Assembly: GCA_035285125.1 (NCBI GenBank)
Contig: JAYKHR010000165.1
Location: forward strand, 1 to 64,000
DNA length: 64,000 nt
Direction of reading: 5' to 3'
Source: Candidatus Sericytochromatia bacterium
GTDB taxonomy: Bacteria; Cyanobacteriota; Sericytochromatia; S15B-MN24; JAQBPE01
The notes beneath the pieces are model-generated. The model saw nothing but the letters and a program-made list of their open reading frames with translations. It was not told the origin of the DNA and did not search any database. Positions within the stretch are counted from its first letter, which is position 1. Each line of letters starts with the position of its first letter. Positions 39,622 through 49,061 of the stretch are shown here, in pieces. The position numbers and the translations under genes were made by a program.

Positions 39622-40740
39622 TCAGGTCCGGGCCAGGGCGTGCAGGCGCCAGAGCGCGAGGGCCCCGCACAGCAGGTTCGGGAGCCAGGCCGCGAGCCCG
39701 GGAGCCAGCGTGCCCGTCTGGCCGAAGGCCATCCCCATGAACATCAGCACATAGTAGGCGAAGAGCACCAGCACGCTGACGCCCAGCCCCACGGAGGCGC
39801 TGGCACGCTGCGGGCGGATCCCCATCCCCGCGCCCAGCAGGGTGAACACGACGGCCGCGAACGGCACGGCGACGCGCTGCCCCGCCAGCACCTCGAGCTC
39901 CGCGACCTCCCGGGGAGAGGCCCCGGTCCGAGCCAGGTGCCGCACGTGGGACCTCAACTCAGCCAGGGTCATCTCCTGGGGCGCACGTCCCTCCTGGGTC
40001 ATGGCCAGCAGGTCGGCGCCGAGTTGCACCCGTTGGGAGGCGAAGCGCACGGTCCAGCGGAACTCGCCACGCTCATCCACCTGGTGCATCACGCCCCCCC
40101 GGAAAAGCCAGCCGTCGGCCAGCGGCTCGGCCTCCGCAGCCTGCACGAGGCGCACCAGTCGCCCCTCCTCGAGCTCCTGCACGATGACGTCCCGCATGCG
40201 CCGGCCGTCCCACTGGCGCGCGTAGAAGAAGCGCCGGAGGACGCCCGCCTCCCTCTCAGGGTAGAACAGGTGGTCGCGGGCCACAGGCACCTGGTGCTGC
40301 TGGGTGGCCTCCACCAGCACCCGCCTGGCCTGCCCGGAGGCGATGGGGCTGACGACCTCATTCAACAGCAGGGTCGCGACGGCCACGGCGCTGGCGAAAG
40401 CCACCCCGGGCGCCACGAGCCGCGCGAAGCCGACGCCCGCAGCCCGCCACGCCGTGAGCTCGCCGTCTCCTGCCAGGCGGCTGTAGGCCAGCAACGAGGC
40501 CAGCAGCGTCGCCATTGGAAAGGTGAAGAAGGCCGTCTCCGGCAGCCGCAGCACCAGCACCTCGAGGACCATCCACGCAGGCAGCCCGTGCCGGACCATC
40601 AGCGTCACCAGATGGAACAACACGGTGGTCGCGAGCAGGATGCCCGTGAACGCGGCAACTCCAAAGGCGAAGGGCGCGGCGAGCTCTCGCAGGACGCTGC
40701 GGTCGAGGAGCCCCGGGCCGCCCGGCAACGGCGGCGTCAC
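39622..40740 (-). CDS. LptF/LptG family LPS export permease
   Basis: LDR..LRE, GELTAWRAAG, periplasmic beta region, EMTLAEL, AAWLPN; downstream of lptB. Confidence 0.9.
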   Translation of the reverse strand: MTPPLPGGPGLLDRSVLRELAAPFAFGVAAFTGILLATTVLFHLVTLMVRHGLPAWMVLEVLVLRLPETAFFTFPMATLLASLLAYSRLAGDGELTAWRAAGVGFARLVAPGVAFASAVAVATLLLNEVVSPIASGQARRVLVEATQQHQVPVARDHLFYPEREAGVLRRFFYARQWDGRRMRDVIVQELEEGRLVRLVQAAEAEPLADGWLFRGGVMHQVDERGEFRWTVRFASQRVQLGADLLAMTQEGRAPQEMTLAELRSHVRHLARTGASPREVAELEVLAGQRVAVPFAAVVFTLLGAGMGIRPQRASASVGLGVSVLVLFAYYVLMFMGMAFGQTGTLAPGLAAWLPNLLCGALALWRLHALART

Positions 40741-41456
40741 ATCCGGAATTCTTCGCCCAGGTAGTGGCGCCGGGCAATCTCACTGGCCGCGACCTCCTCG
40801 GGGGTCCCCGAGACCACCACCTCGCCGTTGCTCAGGATGTGGGCATAATCGACCACGCCGAGGGTTTCCCGCACGTTGTGGTCCGTGATGAGGATGCCGA
40901 GGTTCTTTTCCTTCAGCCGCCGGATCATCTTCTGCAACTCGGCGACCGTGAGCGGGTCGATGGCGCTGAAAGGCTCGTCCAGCAGCAAGAAGCTCGGGTT
41001 CGCCGCCATCGCCCGCGCGATCTCGACGCGGCGCCGCTCGCCGCCCGACAGCTGCGAACCCTTGTTCTTGGCAACCTTGGTGAGGTTGAATTCCTCGAGC
41101 AGGCCAGGCAGGCGCTCGCGCTGCTCAGCCTTCGGGACACCCTTGATCTGCCAGACGGCGATGATGTTCTCCTCGACCGTGAGCTTGCGGAACACCGAGG
41201 GCTCCTGCGCCAGGTAGCCGATGCCCCGCCGGGCCCGCATGTGCATCGGCAGGTGGCCGATGGGCTGCCCGTCGAGCAGGACGTCCCCACCATTCGGCTT
41301 GACCAACCCGACGACCATATAGAAAGTGGTCGTCTTGCCAGCGCCGTTAGGGCCCAGCAGGCCGACAATCTGGCCACGGTCGACCGTGATCGAGACGCCG
41401 TTCACGACGCGGCGCGACCGGTAGGTCTTCATGAGGTTCTGCGTGACGATGGCCAT
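40737..41456 (-). CDS. lptB: LPS export ABC transporter ATPase
   Basis: GLLGPNGAGKTT, YLAQEPSVFRKLTV, LSGGERRR, LDEPF, ITDHNVRETL, YLGEEF; ATG 41456. Confidence 0.95.
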   Translation of the reverse strand: MAIVTQNLMKTYRSRRVVNGVSITVDRGQIVGLLGPNGAGKTTTFYMVVGLVKPNGGDVLLDGQPIGHLPMHMRARRGIGYLAQEPSVFRKLTVEENIIAVWQIKGVPKAEQRERLPGLLEEFNLTKVAKNKGSQLSGGERRRVEIARAMAANPSFLLLDEPFSAIDPLTVAELQKMIRRLKEKNLGILITDHNVRETLGVVDYAHILSNGEVVVSGTPEEVAASEIARRHYLGEEFRM

Positions 41457-41470
41457 GGGGACGCGCTCGC

Positions 41471-41884
41471 TCAGGGTCCAGACAGCGGCCCGGCCGCACC
41501 GGCGGGCAAGATGATGCGGGTCCGGGTGGTGCCTTCTGCCATCAGGCGCCGCTCTGCCACATGATACGTGATGCGGGCCGCACGGAAAGTGTCGCTGCCC
41601 CTGCGGGCCTCGACACCGCCCGTGAACAGCACCCGCAGCACGCGGTCCTCGGCCGGCGCAGCAAAAATGGTGGCCTGCTGGCAAGTCACCACCATCTGGG
41701 GCAGCGTGATGCGGACGTTACCGCGAACCTGGTACGTGTGCCCTTTCCCGTCGTAGGTGGTGGAGTCCGCCTCGATCTGAAGCTGCGGGGGGGGCGGGGT
41801 CGGGGGCGCAGCCAGCCCCGGCGCCGCGCCCAGCAGCACGGCAAGGAGCGCGGCTGGCAACGTGGCAGGCACCCGGCCGCTCAC
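41471..41884 (-). CDS. LptA/OstA-like periplasmic protein
   Basis: Signal peptide, IEADS, GNVRI beta-jellyroll pattern; lies between lptC-like and lptB. Confidence 0.75.
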   Translation of the reverse strand: MSGRVPATLPAALLAVLLGAAPGLAAPPTPPPPQLQIEADSTTYDGKGHTYQVRGNVRITLPQMVVTCQQATIFAAPAEDRVLRVLFTGGVEARRGSDTFRAARITYHVAERRLMAEGTTRTRIILPAGAAGPLSGP

Positions 41885-42447
41885 CGCCCGCCCTCACCGC
41901 CGCGCGCGATGAGCGCGGGCTCCAGCGAGATGGCCCCCCGCACCCGCCCGCTCAGCTCGACGCGCCGCAGCGCCCGATCCGCCCGGAGCGTGGTCGCCGT
42001 CAGCCGGTTGGCGCCGTGCCAGAATGAGACGCCCCCCCCCGTCAGCAGCCGCCCCTCCGCCTGGTCCCACCGGGCATCCCGCGCGTCGACACCCGCCCGG
42101 CCATCCAGCGTACGCAACTGCAGCCCCCCGCCGAGACGAAGGTCGTGCGCCGCGTGATCGTAGGTGGCCCAGGGGGCAGAAGCCCGGGAGACCGGGCGCC
42201 CGCTTTCGTAGAACCGGGCCTCCACGCGCTCGAGCGACGCCACCTTCGGGCCCGCCCGGTAGTGGGCCCGGAAAGCGGCGACGGTCCACAGCGGCTGGCC
42301 GGCTGCCGTTTCGCTGAACTCAGGCTTCTCGAGCGTCACGCCAGGTCCGTCGGACGCGGACACCCCGCCCTCCGGCCCCGGAGCAGGGCGGCACGCAGCC
42401 AGCACCGCCGCCACCATCGAGAGGCCGAGCACCTTGGTCGCCCACAT
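41881..42447 (-). CDS. LptC-like LPS export protein
   Basis: N-terminal anchor/lipobox LAAC, beta-jellyroll pattern (WTVAA, LSGRVRG); operon position. Confidence 0.72.
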   Translation of the reverse strand: MWATKVLGLSMVAAVLAACRPAPGPEGGVSASDGPGVTLEKPEFSETAAGQPLWTVAAFRAHYRAGPKVASLERVEARFYESGRPVSRASAPWATYDHAAHDLRLGGGLQLRTLDGRAGVDARDARWDQAEGRLLTGGGVSFWHGANRLTATTLRADRALRRVELSGRVRGAISLEPALIARGGEGGR

Positions 42448-42450
42448 CGG

Positions 42451-42981
42451 CTACAGCAGGTCGCCGAGCCGTCGCGCGTAGGCCGCGCCGTAGGCCACGT
42501 AGTGTTCGCTGCCGGCCCGGATGCGGGCGACTTCCTCAGGTTTGAGGTCGCGGGCGATGCGGGCGGGCACTCCCACCAGCAACACGCCCGGCGGGTAGGC
42601 TTTGCCCTCCGGCACGAGGGCGCCGGCAGCGACGATCGAGCCCTCACCGATGCGACAACCATTGAGCAGGATCGCGCCGATCCCCACCAGGCTGCCGTCC
42701 CCAATGCTCGCGCCGTGCACCACGGCGCGGTGTCCAATGGTCACATCCGCCCCGATTGTGACGGGGAACCCCTCGTCCACGTGCACCACGGCACCGTCCT
42801 GCACGTTCGAGCGGGGACCGATGACGACGCGTTCCTGTTCAGCCCGAATCACCACCCCGAACCAGACGCTGGCGGCCGGGCCGATGCTGACGCGACCGAG
42901 AATCGTGGCATTCGGAGCAACAAAGGCCGTCTCGTCGATGATCACCTCATCGGTCAGTTCGAATGCATCGCTGTGGGCCAT
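42451..42981 (-). CDS. Gamma carbonic anhydrase family protein
   Basis: Hexapeptide repeats, SVWFGVVIR, NVQDGAVVH, IGH.AVVHG; ATG 42981. Confidence 0.9.
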   Translation of the reverse strand: MAHSDAFELTDEVIIDETAFVAPNATILGRVSIGPAASVWFGVVIRAEQERVVIGPRSNVQDGAVVHVDEGFPVTIGADVTIGHRAVVHGASIGDGSLVGIGAILLNGCRIGEGSIVAAGALVPEGKAYPPGVLLVGVPARIARDLKPEEVARIRAGSEHYVAYGAAYARRLGDLL

Positions 42982-43083
42982 GGTCACCTCGGGCGCCATC
43001 CTATCACACGCACCCAGGGGGGACGCATTGACTTTGCCGACGGGCATGCCAGAAGATGACCCGACCCAAGCGACGGAGGTGAC

Positions 43084-43374
43084 GTGGTGATCGGTCCGGC
43101 AGACGTGCGACACGTGGCGAAGCTGGCGCGGCTCGACCTCGCCGAGCCGGAACTGGAGGCCCAAGCGACCCAGCTGGCGCGCATCCTCGGGTTCTTCGAG
43201 GCCATGAACGCGGTCGACACGACGGGCATCGCCATGACAGCCCACCCGTTCCCGGTCGTCAACGCGCTCCGAGAGGACCTCCCGCGTCCCTCGCTGCCCC
43301 GCGAGGATGTCCTGGCCGCCGCTCCCCATGCCGAGGCGGGGTGCTTCCGGGTGCCCAAAATCCTGGACGCCTGA
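43084..43374 (+). CDS. gatC: Asp/Glu-tRNA amidotransferase subunit C
   Basis: VRHVAKLARL, VDT, LRED, FRVPKI. Confidence 0.93.
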   Translation: MVIGPADVRHVAKLARLDLAEPELEAQATQLARILGFFEAMNAVDTTGIAMTAHPFPVVNALREDLPRPSLPREDVLAAAPHAEAGCFRVPKILDA

Positions 43375-43412
43375 GGCGCCTCCCGCAGGCCTCCCGGACC
43401 CGAAAATGAGGT

Positions 43413-46352
43413 ATGCTGACGATGCATCCTCATCCTGTGCAGAGGCCGATGTCCCACGTCCGCACTCAGCCAGAGGCCATCCCCCTGGTGGCTGGTTTCT
43501 TCTTCGCCCTGACCACGGCGGTCGGGGTGCTGGCGTTTGCGTGGTTCCTCGTCACGAGTGGTGGCCTCGTGGCCTGGCTCCAGGCCGTGGGCGACGGCCA
43601 GGGCTGGGCTGACGCCAGCCGCGGCACCCTGCTAACCAGCCCCACCTTCCAGATGCTGGTGGCGATGGGGCTCATCGCCGAGCTCACCCACATCCCGCTG
43701 CCGAAGGGTGGGCGCATGACGGCGGGCTTCCTGATCGGCTTTGCCACCCTGCTGATGCTGGGCCTCGAGGCTGCCGTCGGCGTGGTCGCGCTGGTCAACA
43801 TCCTGACGATGTGGGTGCCTCCGCGCCGGGGTGTGGCCGCCGGGTTTTTCAACACGGGTCAGCTCGCCCTGGCTTATGCCGCCGCCAACTGGGCGCTGAC
43901 CCAGGGGCACGTCTACATCTACGGCTACCCGGGCGCCGACGACCAGCCCTACGTGGCAGGTGCCGCGGTGGCCTTCCTGGCCGTCAACTTCCTCGTAGTG
44001 GACACCCACCTGGGGCTGCAGCGCCGCGCGGCCCCCTGGCGCATCCTCTGGGAGGACGACCGGGCTGAGATCTTCGTCACGCTGGCGATGACCCCGATGG
44101 CATTCCTGATGGCCTACATGCACCAGGTCCAGGGGTGGGGTGGCACGGTGTTCGTGCTGCTGCCCGTGCTGCTGGCCGCTTATGGCGTGCGGCTGTACTT
44201 CCGCCTCAAGCGGTCGGAGGCCGAGCTGGCGGAGTACAACCAGCAGCTGACCATCCTGCAGCAGGTGGCGACGCGCATCTCGAGCCAGATCGAGCTGGCT
44301 CAGACGCTGTCCCTCATCACCCAGGAAATGCGCCAGGTGGTGGGACACCACGAGAGCCTGATCTTCCTGGTCGACGGGGCCACGGGGATGCTGGTCCAGC
44401 AGGCGACGTCTGGGGCCAAGGCGCTCCAGCTGCCGCTTGAGCACGGGCTGCTGGGGGAGGTGGCACGCGAGCGCCGTTCAGCGCGGGTCGACGACCTGGC
44501 GGCAGGGCACCTGGACGTCGGCGTGCTGGCGGGCTTCCGATCGCTGCTCGCGGTGCCGGTGGCCACGGACCAGGAGGTGCTGGGCGTCATCGCGGTGCTT
44601 CATCAGAACCCGGGCGCGTTCGACGGCGGCACGGAGCGGCTGCTTGACATCCTGGCCTCCCAGGCGGCCGTTGCGATCAAGAACGCTCAGCTGTACCGGG
44701 CGACGCAGCAGCTGGCCGTCACGGATGGCCTGACCCAGGTCTACAACCGACGCTACTTCGAGGAGCAGCTGCGGGCCGAGCTCGAGCGCGCCCGCCGCCA
44801 GCAGCTCACGACCTCGCTGGTCGTGCTGGACGTGGACCACTTCAAGAAGTTCAACGACACCCACGGCCACCTGCTCGGCGACCAGGTGCTGCAGGGGGTG
44901 GCCCGCATCCTGCTCAAGAGCGTCCGCGAGACCGACATGGTGGCACGTTACGGCGGTGAAGAGTTCGTCGTCATCCTGCCCGAGACGCCACCAGCCGCCG
45001 CGGTGGAGGTGGCCGAGCGCATCCGTCGCAACATCAAGAGCCACCCCTTCTGGGGCCGCGGACAGACCCCCCTGGAGGTGACGGCCAGCCTGGGCGTCTG
45101 CGCCGACCTCCACAGCGTGCTGGAGGCCCACCCGCTGTTCGAGCAGGCGGACCGCTGCCTGTACCAGGCCAAGGCAGAGGGCCGCGACCGGGTGTGCCAG
45201 GTCACCTTCGTGGCCGATCAACCGACCGAAATCCTGACCTCCCGCCAGGAGCGTCCCAAGGACCCGACCGTCCGGCGCAAGATGCGCACCTTGCAGCACA
45301 TCTCGACGGAGGAGTGGGAGCGCTACCTCCGGGGCAACTTCGAGGCGACGCTGCAGGCCTGGTGGGAGGAGCCAGCCGTGCACGGCGCGCTTGAGGGAGG
45401 CAAGGCGTTCTGGGGCGAGCTCACGGAGTCCTTCGTCGAGGCCGTGTTGCGCAAGCTGAACAGCACGGAAGACGAGCGCAACGGCTGGCTCGAGCGCTTC
45501 CAGGCCTTCCCCGTCTACCGGGACGTCCAGGCTGAACTGGGGCGGCTCATCCAGACGGGCGTCTCGATCACGGCCATGGAGACGGCGATCCTGTCGTTGT
45601 ACAAGCGCACCCAGTCGCTGATCCAGGGGGCCCCCTTCCCCCTCGAGGAGCGCATCACCGTCGGCATCATCCAAGAGCGCCTGTTCCACGTGCTGCAGCT
45701 CATGGTCTCGCAGGTATGGCACGACTTCTTCCAGGCCACCGTGGAGCACCTCGATCGCGTGGCGGAGCTCGAAGCGAGGCTGGGCCCCCTGGCCGATCCG
45801 GCCGTGGTGATGCGGGAACTGGCCCAGCTGACGGCCAGAGCCGTTCGGGCCGACGCGTGTCTGGTGCTGCAACCGGACCCCGCAGGCGAGGCGCTTGATG
45901 TGATCAGCGCCTGGGGTCTGCACGCCTGGCAAGAGCTTCCCCCGCTGCCCGTCGGGGCGAGCCTCAGCGGGCACTGCTACACCACGGTGGAGGCCTGCGT
46001 CGTGGGTGACGTCCACGCGGACCCGCGCTTGAACGAGTCGTTCCACCGCGTCCTGGAGACGGAGCGGCCCGTGCGCGCGGCCCTGATGCTGCCGCTCGCG
46101 ACCGAGGGGGCGGCAGTTGGCGTGCTGTACTGCCTGAGCGAACACCTGCACCACTTCACGCCCCTCGACGCACGCCTCGGCCACACCATCGCGGCGCGTC
46201 TGGGCTTGGCCCTCGCCCGACGCCGTCGGGAAGCCAACCAGGGCCAGGGCCGGGTGGCAGAGGCGCTGTCGCTGCTACGCGAGGACTCGGGCGTGCCGGC
46301 CGAGTTGGTGGCGCGGGTCGCGGCCGTGCTGAGCGATCCGCCCCCGCGCTGA
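43413..46352 (+). CDS. Membrane diguanylate cyclase (TM - GAF - GGDEF - helical domain - GAF)
   Basis: Multiple N-terminal TM helices; GAF; TDGLT..NRR, DVDHFKKFNDTHGH, RETD (I-site), RYGGEEF, YQAK..GRD; second GAF. Start may be 43449. Confidence 0.9.
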   Translation: MLTMHPHPVQRPMSHVRTQPEAIPLVAGFFFALTTAVGVLAFAWFLVTSGGLVAWLQAVGDGQGWADASRGTLLTSPTFQMLVAMGLIAELTHIPLPKGGRMTAGFLIGFATLLMLGLEAAVGVVALVNILTMWVPPRRGVAAGFFNTGQLALAYAAANWALTQGHVYIYGYPGADDQPYVAGAAVAFLAVNFLVVDTHLGLQRRAAPWRILWEDDRAEIFVTLAMTPMAFLMAYMHQVQGWGGTVFVLLPVLLAAYGVRLYFRLKRSEAELAEYNQQLTILQQVATRISSQIELAQTLSLITQEMRQVVGHHESLIFLVDGATGMLVQQATSGAKALQLPLEHGLLGEVARERRSARVDDLAAGHLDVGVLAGFRSLLAVPVATDQEVLGVIAVLHQNPGAFDGGTERLLDILASQAAVAIKNAQLYRATQQLAVTDGLTQVYNRRYFEEQLRAELERARRQQLTTSLVVLDVDHFKKFNDTHGHLLGDQVLQGVARILLKSVRETDMVARYGGEEFVVILPETPPAAAVEVAERIRRNIKSHPFWGRGQTPLEVTASLGVCADLHSVLEAHPLFEQADRCLYQAKAEGRDRVCQVTFVADQPTEILTSRQERPKDPTVRRKMRTLQHISTEEWERYLRGNFEATLQAWWEEPAVHGALEGGKAFWGELTESFVEAVLRKLNSTEDERNGWLERFQAFPVYRDVQAELGRLIQTGVSITAMETAILSLYKRTQSLIQGAPFPLEERITVGIIQERLFHVLQLMVSQVWHDFFQATVEHLDRVAELEARLGPLADPAVVMRELAQLTARAVRADACLVLQPDPAGEALDVISAWGLHAWQELPPLPVGASLSGHCYTTVEACVVGDVHADPRLNESFHRVLETERPVRAALMLPLATEGAAVGVLYCLSEHLHHFTPLDARLGHTIAARLGLALARRRREANQGQGRVAEALSLLREDSGVPAELVARVAAVLSDPPPR

Positions 46353-46385
46353 GGCAGGGCAGCCCGAAGCGGGTACAGGTGTGGC

Positions 46386-47612
46386 GTGATGAGGCACTGG
46401 AGACTGCTCGCGGCATTTGTCGCATTGGCTGCAGCCGCGTTCGGAGGGCCCCGGGCGGGGGCGCAAGCAGCAACCTCGCCGCCTCCAGCCGAGGCGAGCG
46501 CGGCCGTCCTGCCGGGGGGAGCCCGGTGGCTCGTGGCAGGGCCAGCGGAGGTGCTGGAAACGACGCTGGAGTGCTGGCTGCCAGCCGGGTCGGGCCAGTT
46601 GGGGGGGGCGGCGGCCCCGGCTGCGGCGGCGGCGGTCCTGAACGCCCTCAAGGCCACGCTGCCTCCCCGCGCCAGCGCGGAGGTGGAACTCACCACCGCC
46701 CATGTCCGGTTCGTGATCAGGGCGGCAGCGCCCGAAGCCGTGCGGGTGGCGGCAAGCCTGCCAGAGGCTGTCCTCACCAGCCCTTCCCTGCCCACAGCCT
46801 GGCAGCTGCCCCCGCCGCGCTGGCTGCACGCGGCCAGCCTCGGCCCCTGGATCGCGGGTGAGGAGGGAGCCCCCGCTGACGTGGCCGCCTTCCATCGCCG
46901 TCACTACCGCGCAGACGCGCTGGTGCTGGTGTTGGGCGGGCACGCCGCCCCGGCGTCGGTGCGCGAGGCGCTGGCCGAAGCGCTGGCCCGCCGAGCAGCG
47001 GTGCCCCCGGACGCCCAGGGCTCGGCAGCAGTGGCCTCCCAGGCCGCCTCGTCGTCACCCGACGGGGGCACCTTGCCGCAGGGCACGGCGACCGAGACGC
47101 TCGGAGCCGCGTCGGCCCCGCAGCAGCCCTCCGCCGGACGTTGGGCCTGCATCTCGGTCGAAGGTCCCGCGCCTGAGGCCTGGACCGAGACGGCTGCACT
47201 GGCGGTGGCCGGCGAGGTGCTCGCCCACAGGCTGGGCGCCACCCTGCAGCGCCCTGTTCACGTCGCGTTGGAGGCCTGGCCCGGGCGCACCTGGCTGCTC
47301 ATCGCTGCGGAAGCCCCTCCACCAGACGTCGAGGCGACCATCACCACGCAGCTCGCCGCCTTGCGGGACGACACCGTGGACCTCTCCGAACTCGAGCAAG
47401 CCCGCCGCCGGGTCCGCGCCACCCTGGGCGACCCGGGCCACGAGGCCGGGGCGCGGCGCCGGGCTTTGGGCTGGGAGGCCCTGTCGGGGTTGCCGGGCGG
47501 CACCGGACACGCCCTCACCGCCCTCGCGCAGCTCGGTCGAGCCGAGGTGCAGGCGGCGGCCCAGCGGTTTTGCTGCGGGGCGGGGCTTCGCCTCAGGCTT
47601 CCCGGGAGCTGA
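46386..47612 (+). CDS. Divergent, probably inactive M16 (insulinase)-like secreted protein
   Basis: Signal peptide; DVAAFHRRHYRADALVLVLGG, ELEQARR and EVQAAAQRF resemble M16 C-domain motifs; no HxxEH. Confidence 0.5.
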   Translation: MMRHWRLLAAFVALAAAAFGGPRAGAQAATSPPPAEASAAVLPGGARWLVAGPAEVLETTLECWLPAGSGQLGGAAAPAAAAAVLNALKATLPPRASAEVELTTAHVRFVIRAAAPEAVRVAASLPEAVLTSPSLPTAWQLPPPRWLHAASLGPWIAGEEGAPADVAAFHRRHYRADALVLVLGGHAAPASVREALAEALARRAAVPPDAQGSAAVASQAASSSPDGGTLPQGTATETLGAASAPQQPSAGRWACISVEGPAPEAWTETAALAVAGEVLAHRLGATLQRPVHVALEAWPGRTWLLIAAEAPPPDVEATITTQLAALRDDTVDLSELEQARRRVRATLGDPGHEAGARRRALGWEALSGLPGGTGHALTALAQLGRAEVQAAAQRFCCGAGLRLRLPGS

Positions 47613-48234
47613 GGGCCGGCAGCGGCGCCCGTGTCGCCGCCGCCAGCCACACGGTGGTCGCCCCGGAGTCGCTCAGGGCGGCGGCACAGGCTGCAGCCGT
47701 GGCCCCCGTGGTGAGCACATCGTCCACCAGCAACACGCGGGCCCCCGCCACGGCAGCGCTGCCACCAAAAGCCCCTGCCACGGCCACCGTCCGAGCCGCC
47801 GGGGCCAGGCCGTGTAGCGGCGGGGTGGGGCGGGTGCGCCGCAGCGCCCGCGCCAGCGTCCACCCGCTGGCGCGGGCCACGGCCCGGGCGAGCCGCTCGG
47901 CCTGGTTGAAGCCTCGTGCGCGGTGGCGGTCGCGGTGAAGCGGCACAGGCACGACCAACCAGGGCCCGGCCGGCCACCCCGGCGACGCCAGCAGGCGCTG
48001 CGCGAGGATGCGCGCCGCCCCGCGGTGCCCTCGGTACTTGCAAGCCCGCACGAGCTCCCGGGCAGGGCCCGCGTGCAGGGCCCCGACCACGAGGCCTTGC
48101 AGCCCGAACGGCGGCGGGCCGTCGGGGGCCGACGGCCACGCCGCCGCACAAGGACCGCAGAGTCCGCCAGGCGCCGACCACGTGCGGCAAGCCACACAGC
48201 GACCCCGAAAGAGCCAGGCCCACGGCCCGCTCAC
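47593..48234 (-). CDS. comF: ComF family phosphoribosyltransferase
   Basis: CVAC..LCGPC zinc ribbon, KY, VPVPLH..RGFNQ, LLVDDVLTTGAT; GTG 48234 overlaps the vanZ stop. Confidence 0.88.
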   Translation of the reverse strand: MSGPWAWLFRGRCVACRTWSAPGGLCGPCAAAWPSAPDGPPPFGLQGLVVGALHAGPARELVRACKYRGHRGAARILAQRLLASPGWPAGPWLVVPVPLHRDRHRARGFNQAERLARAVARASGWTLARALRRTRPTPPLHGLAPAARTVAVAGAFGGSAAVAGARVLLVDDVLTTGATAAACAAALSDSGATTVWLAAATRAPLPALSSREA

Positions 48235-48689
48235 CGGCGCCTCCGGGCGCGCTCGAGGCCCTGACCAGCGAGGGCGGCTGCCGCCGCGCCCACGCCGTCG
48301 ATCACCACGTCCGCGGGGGTCCCAACCCGGTTCGGAACGAAGGCCTGGTGCCACTCGTCGGTCGCAGCCCAGGCCACGGCAAGGCCCCAGGCGGTCGCCC
48401 AGCGGCGCTGGCCGGGCCGCAACGCCCACCCGAGGAGGGCAGCCAGCACGGCATACTCGCTCAGGTGGCCGAGCTTCCGGATGGCAAACTGCATCGCCGC
48501 CAGGCCAGGCGGCTCGGCCGAGAGCCCGATCAACCCGAGCAGCCAAGTGACCAGGGCGGAGCTGTGCTCGCCCGAGTTCGACTGGGCCGACAGGAGGTAG
48601 ATGAGGGCCATCCAGGCCAGCACGCTGCCCCACCGGACCCAGCGCGGCACGTCAGCGGCCCGCCCAGCCAACCTCACGAACGCTTGCAT
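48231..48689 (-). CDS. VanZ family membrane protein
   Basis: WMALIYLLS, IRKLGHLSEY, DEWHQAFVPNR, DVVID; ATG 48689. Confidence 0.88.
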   Translation of the reverse strand: MQAFVRLAGRAADVPRWVRWGSVLAWMALIYLLSAQSNSGEHSSALVTWLLGLIGLSAEPPGLAAMQFAIRKLGHLSEYAVLAALLGWALRPGQRRWATAWGLAVAWAATDEWHQAFVPNRVGTPADVVIDGVGAAAAALAGQGLERARRRR

Positions 48690-48936
48690 CGCCCCCCCTT
48701 TCGCTGCACGCCCCCCCGCTCTAGGCGACGGGCTCGACCTCATTGACGCGCCATCGCCAGCCCGGTTCGGCCACGGAAGCGACGCTGGCTCGACCCCTCG
48801 GGGGGTACACCACTCCCCGAGGGGTGCGGTCCACCGCCTTGTGGCGCGCTCAGGGCCCCAAGGTAACACGCGATCAGGGCTGGGAAGCCATCACCGCGTG
48901 TACAGGGGCCATTCGCAACACCCTGAGCCGGTTCCC

Positions 48937-48966
48937 TTGCGGTTTTTCAGGTCTGGTTGGTATGAT
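48937..48966 (+). promoter_or_regulatory. Probable rpsA promoter
   Basis: TTGCGG - 18 bp - TATGAT with an extended TG. Confidence 0.6.
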
Positions 48967-49061
48967 GCTCGTGCCCCGTCGTGCGTCCGCGCGACGCCCT
49001 CCCCCAGCGCCCCGCTGAATCGAGGCGCGCCACGTCCCCACCTCACTGGGCCTGAGTCCGG

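Noticed and set aside
48848..48928. SRP RNA, 6S RNA or raiA-motif identity for the structured region
   Set aside because: CAGG-stem-GNRA resembles SRP helix 8 but the opposing AGCA is absent, and I saw no 6S or raiA hallmark sequences.
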